DNA of 64,000 nt from assembly GCA_963718615.1 (NCBI GenBank), contig OY970368.1:832001-896000 (forward strand), given 5' to 3'. The stretch is from an uncultured cyanobacterium (GTDB taxonomy: Bacteria > Cyanobacteriota > Cyanobacteriia > PCC-9006 > JAAUQQ01). A program made the translations under genes and the position numbers. This document shows, piece by piece, positions 52,523-62,858 of this stretch; within the stretch, counting starts at the first letter, position 1; each line of letters opens with the position of its first letter. The notes below the pieces were generated by a model. It saw nothing but the letters and a program-made list of their open reading frames with translations. It had not been told where the DNA came from and did no database searches.

Positions 52523-53683
52523 ATGAGCCTCCACGTTCGCTTTGCCATTATCAGCGACCTTCACATTGGTCTACCCCATACCATTTGGGACCATCCCAGT
52601 CGGTTTCATCTGGTGGAAGTCAGCATTCCGGCCCTGGAAACGGCGTTGGCCCATTTGACCCCACTCGACCTGGACTTTTTGCTGCTGCCCGGTGACCTGA
52701 CCCAGCATGGCGAACGGGAGAACCATGAATGGCTGCGCGATCGCCTCACCCAGCTTCCCTTCCCCACCTACGTCATTCCCGGTAACCATGACATCGTCAC
52801 CCCCCAGGCGGAGGCCCAGCGCATTGGTCCCGAGGAATTTCCCCAGCTCTACCAACAATTTGGCTACGCTGACGCCAGGGGCTGCGGCGACCGTCGCGAT
52901 TACTACAGCGTTAGCCCAGTCCCCGGTCTACGGCTGATGGGCCTCAACTCCAACCGTTTTGACGACGAGGGTCAAATCATCGGTCGCCTAGACAAAGCGC
53001 AGTTCGACTGGCTCGAAGCAGAACTGACCCAGGCCCAAGCCCAGGGCGAGCGGGTGTTTATCATGATTCACCACAATGTTATTGAGCACATCCCTAACCA
53101 AGCCAATCACCCCATGGGGCGGCGGTATATTTTGCAAAATGCGGGGCGGTTGCGATCGCTCCTCAAAGCATTCCAGGTCTCGCTAATCTTCACCGGCCAT
53201 CTCCACGTCCAAGATGTCTCCCAGGATGACACCCTCTACGAAATCACCACAGGTTCCTTGGTGAGTTATCCCCACCCCTACCGAATTTTGGAATTTGAGG
53301 AAACTGAAGGGCAAGCACGGCTGAGCTATACCTCCCATCGGGTCTCGGCGGTGGCGGGTTGGCCAGATTTACAGGGACGATCGCGCCAGTGGATGGGCGA
53401 TCGCAGCCAATCCTTCATGGAAAAACTGCTTATGGGACCCCCAACTCATTTACCCCAAGCCCTGGCCACCCAGCTTGCCCCCAGCCTGCGAAATTTTTGG
53501 GCGGATATTGCCGAGGGCGATCGCACCTTCTCCTTTGAGCAGTTGCCGGACCATTGGCAGGGAATTCCGCTGCGGGCCTATCTAGAATCCTTCGGGGCGA
53601 TTGCAGGCACCATCGACAACGCAGCAACCTTGGATCTGCCTCAACTGGATTTCAGCCCCTCCGCTTTCATTTGCTCTCGATAG
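52523..53683 (+). CDS. Metallophosphoesterase
   Basis: SDLH, GDLT, PGNHD, HH and GHLH motifs. Confidence 0.92.
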   Translation: MSLHVRFAIISDLHIGLPHTIWDHPSRFHLVEVSIPALETALAHLTPLDLDFLLLPGDLTQHGERENHEWLRDRLTQLPFPTYVIPGNHDIVTPQAEAQRIGPEEFPQLYQQFGYADARGCGDRRDYYSVSPVPGLRLMGLNSNRFDDEGQIIGRLDKAQFDWLEAELTQAQAQGERVFIMIHHNVIEHIPNQANHPMGRRYILQNAGRLRSLLKAFQVSLIFTGHLHVQDVSQDDTLYEITTGSLVSYPHPYRILEFEETEGQARLSYTSHRVSAVAGWPDLQGRSRQWMGDRSQSFMEKLLMGPPTHLPQALATQLAPSLRNFWADIAEGDRTFSFEQLPDHWQGIPLRAYLESFGAIAGTIDNAATLDLPQLDFSPSAFICSR

Positions 53684-54951
53684 GACAAAGCCACCAAGAT
53701 CCAAAGGCCGACCAACATCGTGCCATCGGCCAAAATACTGGCCCAGGCCGCCCCCTTCCAGGAATAAATCGGAATCAGCCACCAGTTTGCCACCCCATTC
53801 AGCAATGCCACGCTCACCTGCAAAATCGTGCGGTTACCCTGGAGTCCCGCTCCGGTGAGGGTATCGGCGGCGAAGGACTGGAGCGATCGCAAAAACAGCA
53901 ACGGCGACAGCCAACGAATCGCATCCACAGCGGCGGCATAGTCAGAACCTAGGAGGTAAGGCACAACGGGGGCGATCGCAAACACCCCAATACTGGCCAA
54001 AATTCCATAGCCCCCGGCCAAAGGCACAAACCGTTTTGCCACCTGCAAACTGCCCTGCACTCCCTGTTGTCCAGCGCGAAAAAATTGGGCGTAGGCGACG
54101 GCGGCCAGGGACATGACGGGGGCGATCGCCACATCAATGACCCGATAGGCAGCCCCATAAATTCCTGTGGCTTCCAACGTTCCCAAGCGAGCCAGCATGG
54201 TTTTATCGAGATCGCTGGAAAGGGTGTAGGCAGAAAAATCTACGGAGAAGAAAAAGCCTTGGCCAAGTTCTGGAACAATCCATTTGAAAACCAGTTTAGG
54301 TTTGCCAATCGTGCGATGGATGAGGGCAAAGGCCATCAGCATCGTGACGACACGGCTAGCCAAATAAAGCCCTCCCCAAGCGGTGACATTGGGCTCTGGA
54401 ACCAACACCGCTAAGCAGAGGGCCGCAATGACACTATTCACCGTTAAAAGCACATGAAACTTGGCATTCAGATGATGTAAATCCATCGCCATAAATGCCT
54501 TGAGCGCCACATCTAAAACCCGCGAGAAAAATAGATCGGCAAGGCCGACACAAACCATTAATCCCAAGGTGGCTGAAGGCGGTAATAAAATCCCCGAAAA
54601 CCCTAGCATCAAGGTCAGACAAAGGGTGCCAAAGGCCCCGATCATGGCTAACCCGTTGCCCCAGTAAGCGCTGAATAACAGGGGATTGCGGGAGACATGT
54701 TTCATCAAGATCTCCGGTGCGCCCCAGGCGGAAAAGGGCAGGAGAATTTTGACGAGGGAGGCGACGCCGATGAACGTGCCGTATTGTTCGGTACCGAGCG
54801 ATCGCGCAATCAATAAAAAATAAGCCGCTTGCAAGACAATCCGCAACATGCGTGATGCAAAGATCCAAATCGCGCCTTGAAACGTTGGATTTTCGAACTT
54901 CTTTTTGAACGTTAAAAAAAGGCGATCAGGAAGGCTAGATTTAAAGAGCAT
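53641..54951 (-). CDS. Wzx-type polysaccharide flippase
   Basis: Multiple TM helices; IARSLGTEQYG; DKTML...GIYGAAYR. Confidence 0.9.
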   Translation of the reverse strand: MLFKSSLPDRLFLTFKKKFENPTFQGAIWIFASRMLRIVLQAAYFLLIARSLGTEQYGTFIGVASLVKILLPFSAWGAPEILMKHVSRNPLLFSAYWGNGLAMIGAFGTLCLTLMLGFSGILLPPSATLGLMVCVGLADLFFSRVLDVALKAFMAMDLHHLNAKFHVLLTVNSVIAALCLAVLVPEPNVTAWGGLYLASRVVTMLMAFALIHRTIGKPKLVFKWIVPELGQGFFFSVDFSAYTLSSDLDKTMLARLGTLEATGIYGAAYRVIDVAIAPVMSLAAVAYAQFFRAGQQGVQGSLQVAKRFVPLAGGYGILASIGVFAIAPVVPYLLGSDYAAAVDAIRWLSPLLFLRSLQSFAADTLTGAGLQGNRTILQVSVALLNGVANWWLIPIYSWKGAAWASILADGTMLVGLWILVALSYREQMKAEGLKSS

Positions 54952-56218
54952 GGGCCGTTGCAGAATAGGGCTGGGTTGAATAGGAACGTTGCGTTAGACG
55001 ATAGCCTTGCAATGTTGTTGAAACATATAAAACCCAAAACAAATCATTTGGCTGTAGAGCGTTAGATTCAGGTAAATTGCTAAAAATTACGTAGACGAAG
55101 AGCAATACAGGCCAAATATATTCCGGCTCACTTGTGCACCGTAATTGCAGCAAACTGTGGAGTAAATGAAAATACAGTCCTAATAGAAACAGCGCCAGAC
55201 CTACAAAACCCAGTTGAACCCAAGTATCAATAAAACCGTTGTGGGCATTGGGAGCATCCCAGTTAAAAGCTCGCCAGACATAGGCTGCGTCACTGTCCCA
55301 ACCGTTCCAAAATCCAAAGTAACCATAGCCAAACCAAGGCTTTTTCTGGATCATGTCAAACACCAGACTCCAGATATCCGTCCGTCCGGTCAGCGTTAAG
55401 TCCTTTTTGAGAAACGCCGCAATTTCTTCTAGATGATTCATAATCCAGAGAAAGCTAATCGTTCCCAAGGTAATGCCGCCCATCAGAGTCGGCACTAAAA
55501 ATCTAAGCTGCCAGCGCAGGAGATAGCACAATGAGCCAGTCGCCAGCAAAATGCTCAGATTAATCATTGCACCTTTGGAGGTACAGAGGGCAATTAAAAC
55601 CACAGAGGCTAGTAATCCAAACAGCGGTTTCCAGGACTTTTGTTGGGAGTTTAAAGCCAGTGTCAAAAAAGTAGCCGCGCTCAAAACCATCTGTTTTCCA
55701 AGGGTATTTTTATGGCTGTAGATTCCTCGCCAGTCGCCCTGATGAACCCCCCCCATAATGCCGTATTGGGGCAGGGCTAAACCATAGAAAAAGCTCAGGC
55801 CAATGACGATGCTAAAGGCATAGGCTAAGATTTCGATCTGCTGCTTTAGGGTATAGCGGGTCGCCAGATAAATACCAAACAAGGTACTGCCGACAAAAGC
55901 AATACTTTTTGAAAGGGTTTCATCCGGTGTCGCCGACCAAAATAGGGAACTGACGGTAAAGATGGCAAGGAGGAGGGTGAAGCGATCGCGCCGAATCACC
56001 ACCCAGGTTTTCTCCCAACGAACGATTAGCAAAACCGCAAAAACAATATAGGTTGCAATAAAAATCAAACGCATTAAAGGATAGTCTTGGGGGATTTCCC
56101 CAGAGCCATCTCCTTGGCTGTGCCCCCCGTTCAAGATCACTGCGAGGGGTCCTCCGGAATAGAACACCAGAGAGGCAATCGTAAAAATCTTTTCGAGTGC
56201 AATGAGAAGCGATGCCAT
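54941..56218 (-). CDS. O-antigen ligase / Wzy polymerase family protein
   Basis: WRGIYSHKNTLG...TLTGRTDIW...NAHNGFID. Confidence 0.9.
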   Translation of the reverse strand: MASLLIALEKIFTIASLVFYSGGPLAVILNGGHSQGDGSGEIPQDYPLMRLIFIATYIVFAVLLIVRWEKTWVVIRRDRFTLLLAIFTVSSLFWSATPDETLSKSIAFVGSTLFGIYLATRYTLKQQIEILAYAFSIVIGLSFFYGLALPQYGIMGGVHQGDWRGIYSHKNTLGKQMVLSAATFLTLALNSQQKSWKPLFGLLASVVLIALCTSKGAMINLSILLATGSLCYLLRWQLRFLVPTLMGGITLGTISFLWIMNHLEEIAAFLKKDLTLTGRTDIWSLVFDMIQKKPWFGYGYFGFWNGWDSDAAYVWRAFNWDAPNAHNGFIDTWVQLGFVGLALFLLGLYFHLLHSLLQLRCTSEPEYIWPVLLFVYVIFSNLPESNALQPNDLFWVLYVSTTLQGYRLTQRSYSTQPYSATAHAL

Positions 56219-56236
56219 GGCTTGTGAACAAAAGAA

Positions 56237-57274
56237 TTAGCTGGTGGAAAGGCCTAAGATGGCTTGGAGTGGGGCGGCTTGACGGTGCCATTCCTGGTCG
56301 ATGTCTTGTTTGAGGGCAATAACCTCGATTTTGAGCTGGTCCGTATGGGCTAGGGCAGTTCGGCAACCGGCGGCGATCGCCCCTCCATCCAAGGGATCCA
56401 CATAAACCGCACCTTGATAGAAAAATTTTCGGAGCAGTTGCGTATCAGACAGCACCATCGGTTTGCCGTAGCTCACGGCTTCATTGGCGACACTGAGCTG
56501 AATCCCCTCAAGCTTGGTCAATCCCACGACCATATCGGCCTGGGCGAGCAGGTCGTTGAAGTCGGTTTCTGAGACAAAACCCGGCAGTCGAATATTGGCA
56601 GGCACTTGGCTTAGATCATGGCGACCCACTGCCCTAGCGGTGTTGCCCGTGAGGACAAACGTGATTTCTGGGGCTTGGCGGGCCGCGACCAGAAGTTCGG
56701 CGATCGGCTCATCGGAATTAAACGAACAGGGAACCAAGGCCCAGGGGCGAGGAAGTTGAGCACTGGCGGGGGAGAGGGTGCGATCGCGTAACACCACCAG
56801 CTTTTCGGGCTGAATCCCGAGGGCAAGGGCCTGCGCTTCGACAAACGGATTGTGGACAACCACCTGGTCACAACGGTTGAGCAACCGCACTACGGCGGGA
56901 AACTGAATCCAGGGCTGACGAAACGTGGCGTTGTGACAATCGGCAATGAGTTTTAGATGGGGCTGGACCAGTTGTTGGTATAAAAACGCTAGATAGAGCA
57001 GGGGTGCAGGGGGAAGCTGGATCCACAGGACCTCGGGTCGGTGCCGAATCAAGAGGCCGAGGGTTTGCAGGGCCTTGAGGAGGTATTCCAAGGGGCGGAG
57101 CGATCGCCAGCGAAAACTTGGCCCCACATGATGTAGGGCATAGCCAAACTCCGGCTGCATGGCAACGGCCCGACGCTGAAACGGCACCCAAGCAATAAAT
57201 AATTGACGGGCGAAGGGCGGTGCCCCTTGCGCCTGGATCGTGTGAGTCAACGGTTGTAGCGAAATCGTAGACAT
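56237..57274 (-). CDS. Glycosyltransferase (GT-B, GT4-like)
   Basis: ADCHN...DEPI...ANEAVSYGKPMVLSD. Confidence 0.8.
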   Translation of the reverse strand: MSTISLQPLTHTIQAQGAPPFARQLFIAWVPFQRRAVAMQPEFGYALHHVGPSFRWRSLRPLEYLLKALQTLGLLIRHRPEVLWIQLPPAPLLYLAFLYQQLVQPHLKLIADCHNATFRQPWIQFPAVVRLLNRCDQVVVHNPFVEAQALALGIQPEKLVVLRDRTLSPASAQLPRPWALVPCSFNSDEPIAELLVAARQAPEITFVLTGNTARAVGRHDLSQVPANIRLPGFVSETDFNDLLAQADMVVGLTKLEGIQLSVANEAVSYGKPMVLSDTQLLRKFFYQGAVYVDPLDGGAIAAGCRTALAHTDQLKIEVIALKQDIDQEWHRQAAPLQAILGLSTS

Positions 57275-57339
57275 AATCAGTGATTTGAGGGTTCAGAGCG
57301 GTCAGCCGCCCCGTGAATGACTTTTTAGTCAATGACTTT

Positions 57340-58260
57340 CTAGTGAATGACTTTATATTCCGAGTAGGTCAATCCCAGTAGACTCGCCCAACAGCCTGCA
57401 CCTCGGGCAATCCGAATCAATGCCTGCACCTGAGCAGCCCGCCCTTGGATCAGAGCCGGAAACAAGCTCAGCAGTCCCCAGGCCACACTAGCCGACCCTT
57501 TCATCAGGGCCTTCGCCTTTGCACCCGCACCATGGCAGTCCTGCTCCCAGAGGCTGTAGGTGAGGCAACTGCGATAGTGACGCTGTAACAACCAAGGGGC
57601 CGTTTGACGACTTTCCGGGATCGACTCATAGACCCAGGCTTCATCGGCCCACACCAGTTGATGCCCTTGGTGATGAAACGAGCGAAAAAGATAGGAATCT
57701 TCCCCCCCTGACAGGGCAAATCGTTCGGCAAAGGGGCGATCGCAAGCTTTCAACAACACCGCCTTCACCAACACATTCGACGTATAGGCCACTTCTATAG
57801 GATGCCCGGTAGGCCGACGTTGGGGCTCAAAAAAACCACCGCGCCGAATCCAGGGGGCAGGGGTGCCACAAAAGTGCGGGAGGGAAGGCCCAAACACAAC
57901 GTCTGCCTGGTAATTATGTTGTGTTAACAATAAATTTTCTAGCCACGCCGGAGACGGCATTTCGTCATCATCAATAAAGACAATAAAATCTGTATCCTCA
58001 GGAACTAAGGCCACCGATGTATTCCGGGCATAGGAAATGCCCCGCTGGGGTTCAATCGCCGTTTTTAGCCTCCAGCGAAAGGTCGATCGCCTTGCTTCAC
58101 AGGCCGCTTGGGCTACTCCCGCCGCATCATTGTCAACCACAATCACCGTTACGGCTGGCACTGGCACCTGTTTGAACTCCAGCCGTTGCAGGCCGTTGAG
58201 TAAAGTGTCTAACCCCTCTAATCGCTGATAGGTGCTAATACAAATGGCAATATTGTTCAT
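57340..58260 (-). CDS. Glycosyltransferase family 2
   Basis: ICISTYQR...VVDND...FIDDDE...GGED. Confidence 0.92.
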   Translation of the reverse strand: MNNIAICISTYQRLEGLDTLLNGLQRLEFKQVPVPAVTVIVVDNDAAGVAQAACEARRSTFRWRLKTAIEPQRGISYARNTSVALVPEDTDFIVFIDDDEMPSPAWLENLLLTQHNYQADVVFGPSLPHFCGTPAPWIRRGGFFEPQRRPTGHPIEVAYTSNVLVKAVLLKACDRPFAERFALSGGEDSYLFRSFHHQGHQLVWADEAWVYESIPESRQTAPWLLQRHYRSCLTYSLWEQDCHGAGAKAKALMKGSASVAWGLLSLFPALIQGRAAQVQALIRIARGAGCWASLLGLTYSEYKVIH

Positions 58261-59399
58261 TGGGTGACCCACCGTAATCGTTTAAAGACGCTATTAAGGG
58301 GTTTAGGGCGAGACTGGGCCGACAAACGCCAGTAAATCGCCGCCTTAACCCAAGGCAACGGCATCAGCCCAACCCACAAAAACCACAGTAGAAAGATCAG
58401 CCGCCGCCGATGACTGACATTGCCATAGGTCCAGCTTGCCACGGCCCCCTGGAAGGCTAGCCAGAAGGGGCGATCGCTCCCCACTGGATGCTGATCAGGC
58501 TCTAGCCGTAAGGAAACCAAGCGATCGGTCATATGCAGGAGATCTCGGTCCCCCCCATGACGGTCCAGTTGTTTGGCGACGGACGGGGGACAAGCTTGCG
58601 CCAGATATTGCGCCAGATAGTGGTAGCGCAAAAAGTCATGGTGAATCGAGCGACGGGCCTGTTCAGCTAAATTTTCGACTTGAGCCGCTGCCCAGTGATT
58701 TTGGCCATGTTTACGCCTTGCCGCAATGGGGGTTTCAATCGCAGCGACTTCCCCACAAAAAGGCAGAAGCGTCGTCAGATACCCATCCGCAGAAATCCTA
58801 AAATCCGCCTCGGGAATCGGAGCGATCTGCTCAAAGGCCGATCGCGTCAGACTTAAGCCGCTCGTAACCGTGGTGGAATATCGGCCCTTCCGCAGGAGCA
58901 GGGCGCAAACCTCGCCTTGGTCGAACGAAATTTCCCGAGCAGGGTAGAGATCAATCCAATGGCCTTCTGCATCGACCAGCTCTAGACGTGCCTGCACCAT
59001 GGCAACGCCCGGTCGCCAAGCGGCAACAATCCGGGTGACCGCATCTTCAAACAGATAGTCATCCGCATCCAGCAAGACCAAAAGGTCGCCCCGGCTGACG
59101 GCAATTCCCGCATTGAGGGCCGAGGCTTGGCCCCCGTTTTTCTTAAAGACTGGGATGAGCGCAATGGCATTGTCCTGCTGGGCATGCCGTTGGCAGATAT
59201 CCTGCAAAATTTGGGGGGAGCGATCGCAAGACCCATCATCCACGACAACCACCTCTAGATGAGGATAGGTTTGAGCCAAACAACTTTCGATCGATTGCTG
59301 TAAAAAGCGATCGTAGTTGTAGTTGTTGAGGATGATACTGACAAAGGGATCGGCAGATTTAGCAGATTGAGTGGGATGGTTAAGGGTACGATCTAACAT
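58257..59399 (-). CDS. Glycosyltransferase family 2
   Basis: SIILNNYNY...VVDDGS...NGGQASALN...LDADD. Confidence 0.92.
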   Translation of the reverse strand: MLDRTLNHPTQSAKSADPFVSIILNNYNYDRFLQQSIESCLAQTYPHLEVVVVDDGSCDRSPQILQDICQRHAQQDNAIALIPVFKKNGGQASALNAGIAVSRGDLLVLLDADDYLFEDAVTRIVAAWRPGVAMVQARLELVDAEGHWIDLYPAREISFDQGEVCALLLRKGRYSTTVTSGLSLTRSAFEQIAPIPEADFRISADGYLTTLLPFCGEVAAIETPIAARRKHGQNHWAAAQVENLAEQARRSIHHDFLRYHYLAQYLAQACPPSVAKQLDRHGGDRDLLHMTDRLVSLRLEPDQHPVGSDRPFWLAFQGAVASWTYGNVSHRRRLIFLLWFLWVGLMPLPWVKAAIYWRLSAQSRPKPLNSVFKRLRWVTQ

Positions 59400-59431
59400 G
59401 GGAACATAGAGAAGCTAGCAGAGAAGCCAAA

Positions 59432-59953
59432 TTAGAGACTCTGAACCAATTCCCGCTGGGGAGCAAGAATTCGAGAAGGATAGCGTTGCATGAGATGTTC
59501 CACCAACTTAGGACCTTCAAAAATATCAGGATTGCAAGGAGCCGGTGGAGAAAGCACCGCTTGGGCTAATTCCTCGAGCGAGCCGCAACAGCTAATACCG
59601 AGTTCTGCCATGCCCTGAGCAAAGAGCAACTGGTGATTATCAATGTGCTCCTTGTACTTGGCCAGACGCGGCACAATCACAAAGCTCGCGCCCCGTTGGA
59701 CGAGCATCCGAGTCGAGCCCTGACCCGCATGGGAAATCACTAGACGAGACTGATCAATTTGCCGTTGTAAATAATCCGATTGCACGACGGGCAGCGCCGT
59801 AATCAGAGGATGTTGGGCGATCGCCGCAATCTCAGTCGTGCCATACTGCAAAAAGACAGGTTCTGTAATAATCTCGCGATCGAGCAGCATTTTGAGCCAT
59901 GCAATCGAGCGATTAAACTGAAAAGGGATGGTTCCTAGTGTAACGGTGAGCAT
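59432..59953 (-). CDS. Alg13-like (PssE/CpsG) glycosyltransferase catalytic subunit
   Basis: VTLGT...SHAGQGS...VPRL...EHIDNHQ. Confidence 0.88.
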   Translation of the reverse strand: MLTVTLGTIPFQFNRSIAWLKMLLDREIITEPVFLQYGTTEIAAIAQHPLITALPVVQSDYLQRQIDQSRLVISHAGQGSTRMLVQRGASFVIVPRLAKYKEHIDNHQLLFAQGMAELGISCCGSLEELAQAVLSPPAPCNPDIFEGPKLVEHLMQRYPSRILAPQRELVQSL

Positions 59954-59997
59954 GAATGAATTTCCTTAGTAATCAGTGGGACTTGCGGCTGGTTGCA

Positions 59998-60450
59998 CTA
60001 GGTAACCATTCCACGATAAATCGCTCGGGGATATCGCTTGCAAAGGCCAGGCCATTGCACATAAAACTCATGGGCAAGCCAATAGACTAATTTGCCAGAC
60101 AAGCTCAGTTCTTGAGCGCGGGAAATACTCTCCACATACATAAACTTAATCCCCAAAAGTCTAGCCACGATTGCAAAATTAATCGAAATACTAGCGCCGG
60201 TTGAAACAACCATATCGGGACGTTCGTGGCTCAGAAGTTGAAATGTAGCGGGTAGATTTTTAACTAATGCACACCAATCTCTCGGTCCTTGGTAGGGTAG
60301 CCAATAAACAGCTTCATGCTGATCGTCCAAAACTTGTGTATCGCCTTTGCAATCGGTCACCCAGACCCGCTCATGAGCGTTCCAGAACGGTTTCAAGGAA
60401 CGCATGGTTGCAAAGTGCCCTCCGGAAGTGCAGGCCAGTAGCAGTTTCAT
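59998..60450 (-). CDS. Alg14-like (PssD/CpsF) glycosyltransferase subunit
   Basis: ACTSGGH...RPDMVVSTGA...YVESISR...LSLSGKL...FYVQW. Confidence 0.9.
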   Translation of the reverse strand: MKLLLACTSGGHFATMRSLKPFWNAHERVWVTDCKGDTQVLDDQHEAVYWLPYQGPRDWCALVKNLPATFQLLSHERPDMVVSTGASISINFAIVARLLGIKFMYVESISRAQELSLSGKLVYWLAHEFYVQWPGLCKRYPRAIYRGMVT

Positions 60451-60834
60451 AGTCAGATTCTCTGAGGCAACTTAATGAAGCTTGTCCTGAAGCAATAAGG
60501 CCGAGGGCTATAGGCTCAGGAAAAATACAGATGCCACAACTGACTCTTGATGTGAGGCGTTTCCCCATGCACTCAACAATACTGATAGATCTAATATTTG
60601 CGATCGCCTTAAAATGGTCTTGATTCAAGATTTATAAATTATGTCTATTGGCACAATCCCTTAAATGGCCTGACATCAAGGTTTACGCAAAAACGACAAA
60701 ACCCTTGAAAAAATGCAATTTAAGAGAGCTTAATCAAGAACTTCAGTTCTTTTACGCAGAATCCTATTTTAGTTTGGTGTTTAGGTTTATCGACGCGACT
60801 GATGTTCACTGAATTTGTTAGAAAAAATAAGCGC

Positions 60835-60865
60835 AAAAACGGGTATTTCCCAAGGAAAATACCCG
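60835..60865 (-). terminator. Intrinsic terminator after the GumC/Wzc-like gene
   Basis: Inverted repeat cgggtatttcc / ggaaaatacccg next to an A run on the + strand. Confidence 0.6.
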
Positions 60866-60944
60866 CCCTATGGTATGGCTACGCGCAATAGCTGACCCTG
60901 CCCTTGAATCAGGATAAAAAATGAAAAAATCTATTTTCTATAAA

Positions 60945-62474
60945 TTATGGACCGACAGGATGCCGATTCGAGGATTCCGGTCGTTCTTGCGGAGACCTAG
61001 TCGCTGGGGGCGATCCGGGCGGCATGGGACTCGGTGTAGATCTGGGTGCAGCACCGGGCAGGTAGCCGCTGGACGCAGGGATTTGCTGCCAGCGGTTTTC
61101 TTCTTTGAGCGTGAGCAGCGTAACAACCGTTGTTGCCAAGAATGCGCCTAGCAAACCGCCTAGGGCAATGATGGTGGATCGCTCTCCAGAAATCGCCTCT
61201 TCAGGCACTAAGGCCGGTTCAATCACACTCGCATTGCCGATCGCCTGTTTCTCCGCTCCTTCAAGTTCCTTCAGCCGTTGCAGCAGATTTTGATAGGTTG
61301 ACCGAGCCACTTCGAGGGTTCGCTCTAGCTCCGCCTGCTGCTGTTCTAGAATGGGCAAATTACTTGCCCGTTGCCGATAATTATTGCGGAAATTGGCCAA
61401 GGACTGGAGTCGACTGGCCAAGCTTAAACGCCTAACCTCCGCATCTAGAAATTGATTGATCAACATTTGGCGCAGCTCACCCACCTGCATGAACTGATCG
61501 GAAAAGAGCCTGCGATCGCCCAAAACACGCTGCATTTCTTCTTGCAACAGACGTTTGAGCGCGACTTCCTGGGCGGTGGCTGTCATGATTGTTGGGCTTT
61601 GGGTTGTATAAATGCCCTCCTGTAGCGCTTTTTGTCGCTCTACCCTTTGAAGCTCTTGCAAAACGGCTTGTACCCCCTCAGACTGGCTGATGTCACTAAT
61701 TATCATCGCCTGATCAACTGTCAAATCTAAATTGCTTTGCAACACTTGAGCTTCAGTCGTTGCTTCGTCCAAGGCTGCTTGCGTTTGAGAAACCTGTAAA
61801 TCCAGGGCTTCTAATACATTCAAAATCGAGCGAGATTCTTCTTCCAATGAAATGATGCCATGCATTTCACGAAAACGACGCAAATCGGCTTCAGCCTTAG
61901 CCATGAACGTTTGACTTTCAGGCAATTGCTCTTCAATCGAGCCTCGTGCCTTTGAGGTTTGCCGCTGATTGTCTAAAATATTGTCGTTAATGTAAGTCTT
62001 GGCCAAGGCATTGACCACTACAGCAGCAATTTCTGGATTACCATCCCGATAGGAAAGGTTAATAATATCTGCACCACCCGAAATTTTAACCGTTAGATTT
62101 TTCTTAAATGCCTCTGAACTTAGAGGATGACCTACTTCATCTTGCAACTTCAGCGTGCGAATAACATGATTTACGACCGGATTTGAAGCAATGATTTCAA
62201 CTTCCGTTGTTAGCGGGTTTTGACTTTTGACGACTGATTCTAATTCTCCAACACCGCGACCGACTCCGGTCAAATTGGACGTCGGATCTACACGAATGAG
62301 AATTTTGCTACTGGCCTCATAAATGGGAGGTTTCATCGAGGCTACAATTCCTGCCAATCCCACCGTTCCTCCCCACAGTAAGGCAATCAGGAGCCAACGG
62401 CTTTTCAGAGTGCGCATATAGCGAAAGAAATCGACCTCTAAGGCTTCTGTGGATGAGAGAGGCTGTGTGTTCAT
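60945..62474 (-). CDS. GumC/Wzc-like polysaccharide chain-length/export protein without a kinase domain
   Basis: Two TM helices flank a coiled coil; PIYEASSKIL, TEVEII, SVIEPA. No Walker A follows the second TM helix. Confidence 0.88.
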   Translation of the reverse strand: MNTQPLSSTEALEVDFFRYMRTLKSRWLLIALLWGGTVGLAGIVASMKPPIYEASSKILIRVDPTSNLTGVGRGVGELESVVKSQNPLTTEVEIIASNPVVNHVIRTLKLQDEVGHPLSSEAFKKNLTVKISGGADIINLSYRDGNPEIAAVVVNALAKTYINDNILDNQRQTSKARGSIEEQLPESQTFMAKAEADLRRFREMHGIISLEEESRSILNVLEALDLQVSQTQAALDEATTEAQVLQSNLDLTVDQAMIISDISQSEGVQAVLQELQRVERQKALQEGIYTTQSPTIMTATAQEVALKRLLQEEMQRVLGDRRLFSDQFMQVGELRQMLINQFLDAEVRRLSLASRLQSLANFRNNYRQRASNLPILEQQQAELERTLEVARSTYQNLLQRLKELEGAEKQAIGNASVIEPALVPEEAISGERSTIIALGGLLGAFLATTVVTLLTLKEENRWQQIPASSGYLPGAAPRSTPSPMPPGSPPATRSPQERPESSNRHPVGP

Positions 62475-62858
62475 AAAATTCTTTGCAGGTTTATGCCAAG
62501 CAGTGGCCTAAATTCAATATTCCCAAGACAAAAACAAACCCATCACCCTTCAAAGGATGCTCTTTTGAGGTTATTTGATTCAACATGCTAGGATTTAATT
62601 CGCAAAAAAACGAATAAGTTCAATCCTTTGTAGTTTATGTTTGACGGATTTTCGACTTGTATTTGATTTATATTTCATTCATGTTGAATCTCGATTTTCC
62701 TCGTGTTTCTTCTTGGTTTATGTCGAACTTTGCGCGTACTTTTTGATACCTAGTCATAACTACTTCCGTAAAGACCAGGATCAGGATATATCGTCGCTAA
62801 GGCATTTTGAGATATAACCGTAACCCTAACGAACCCAGAACGTTCAGTGAAGTGACGA

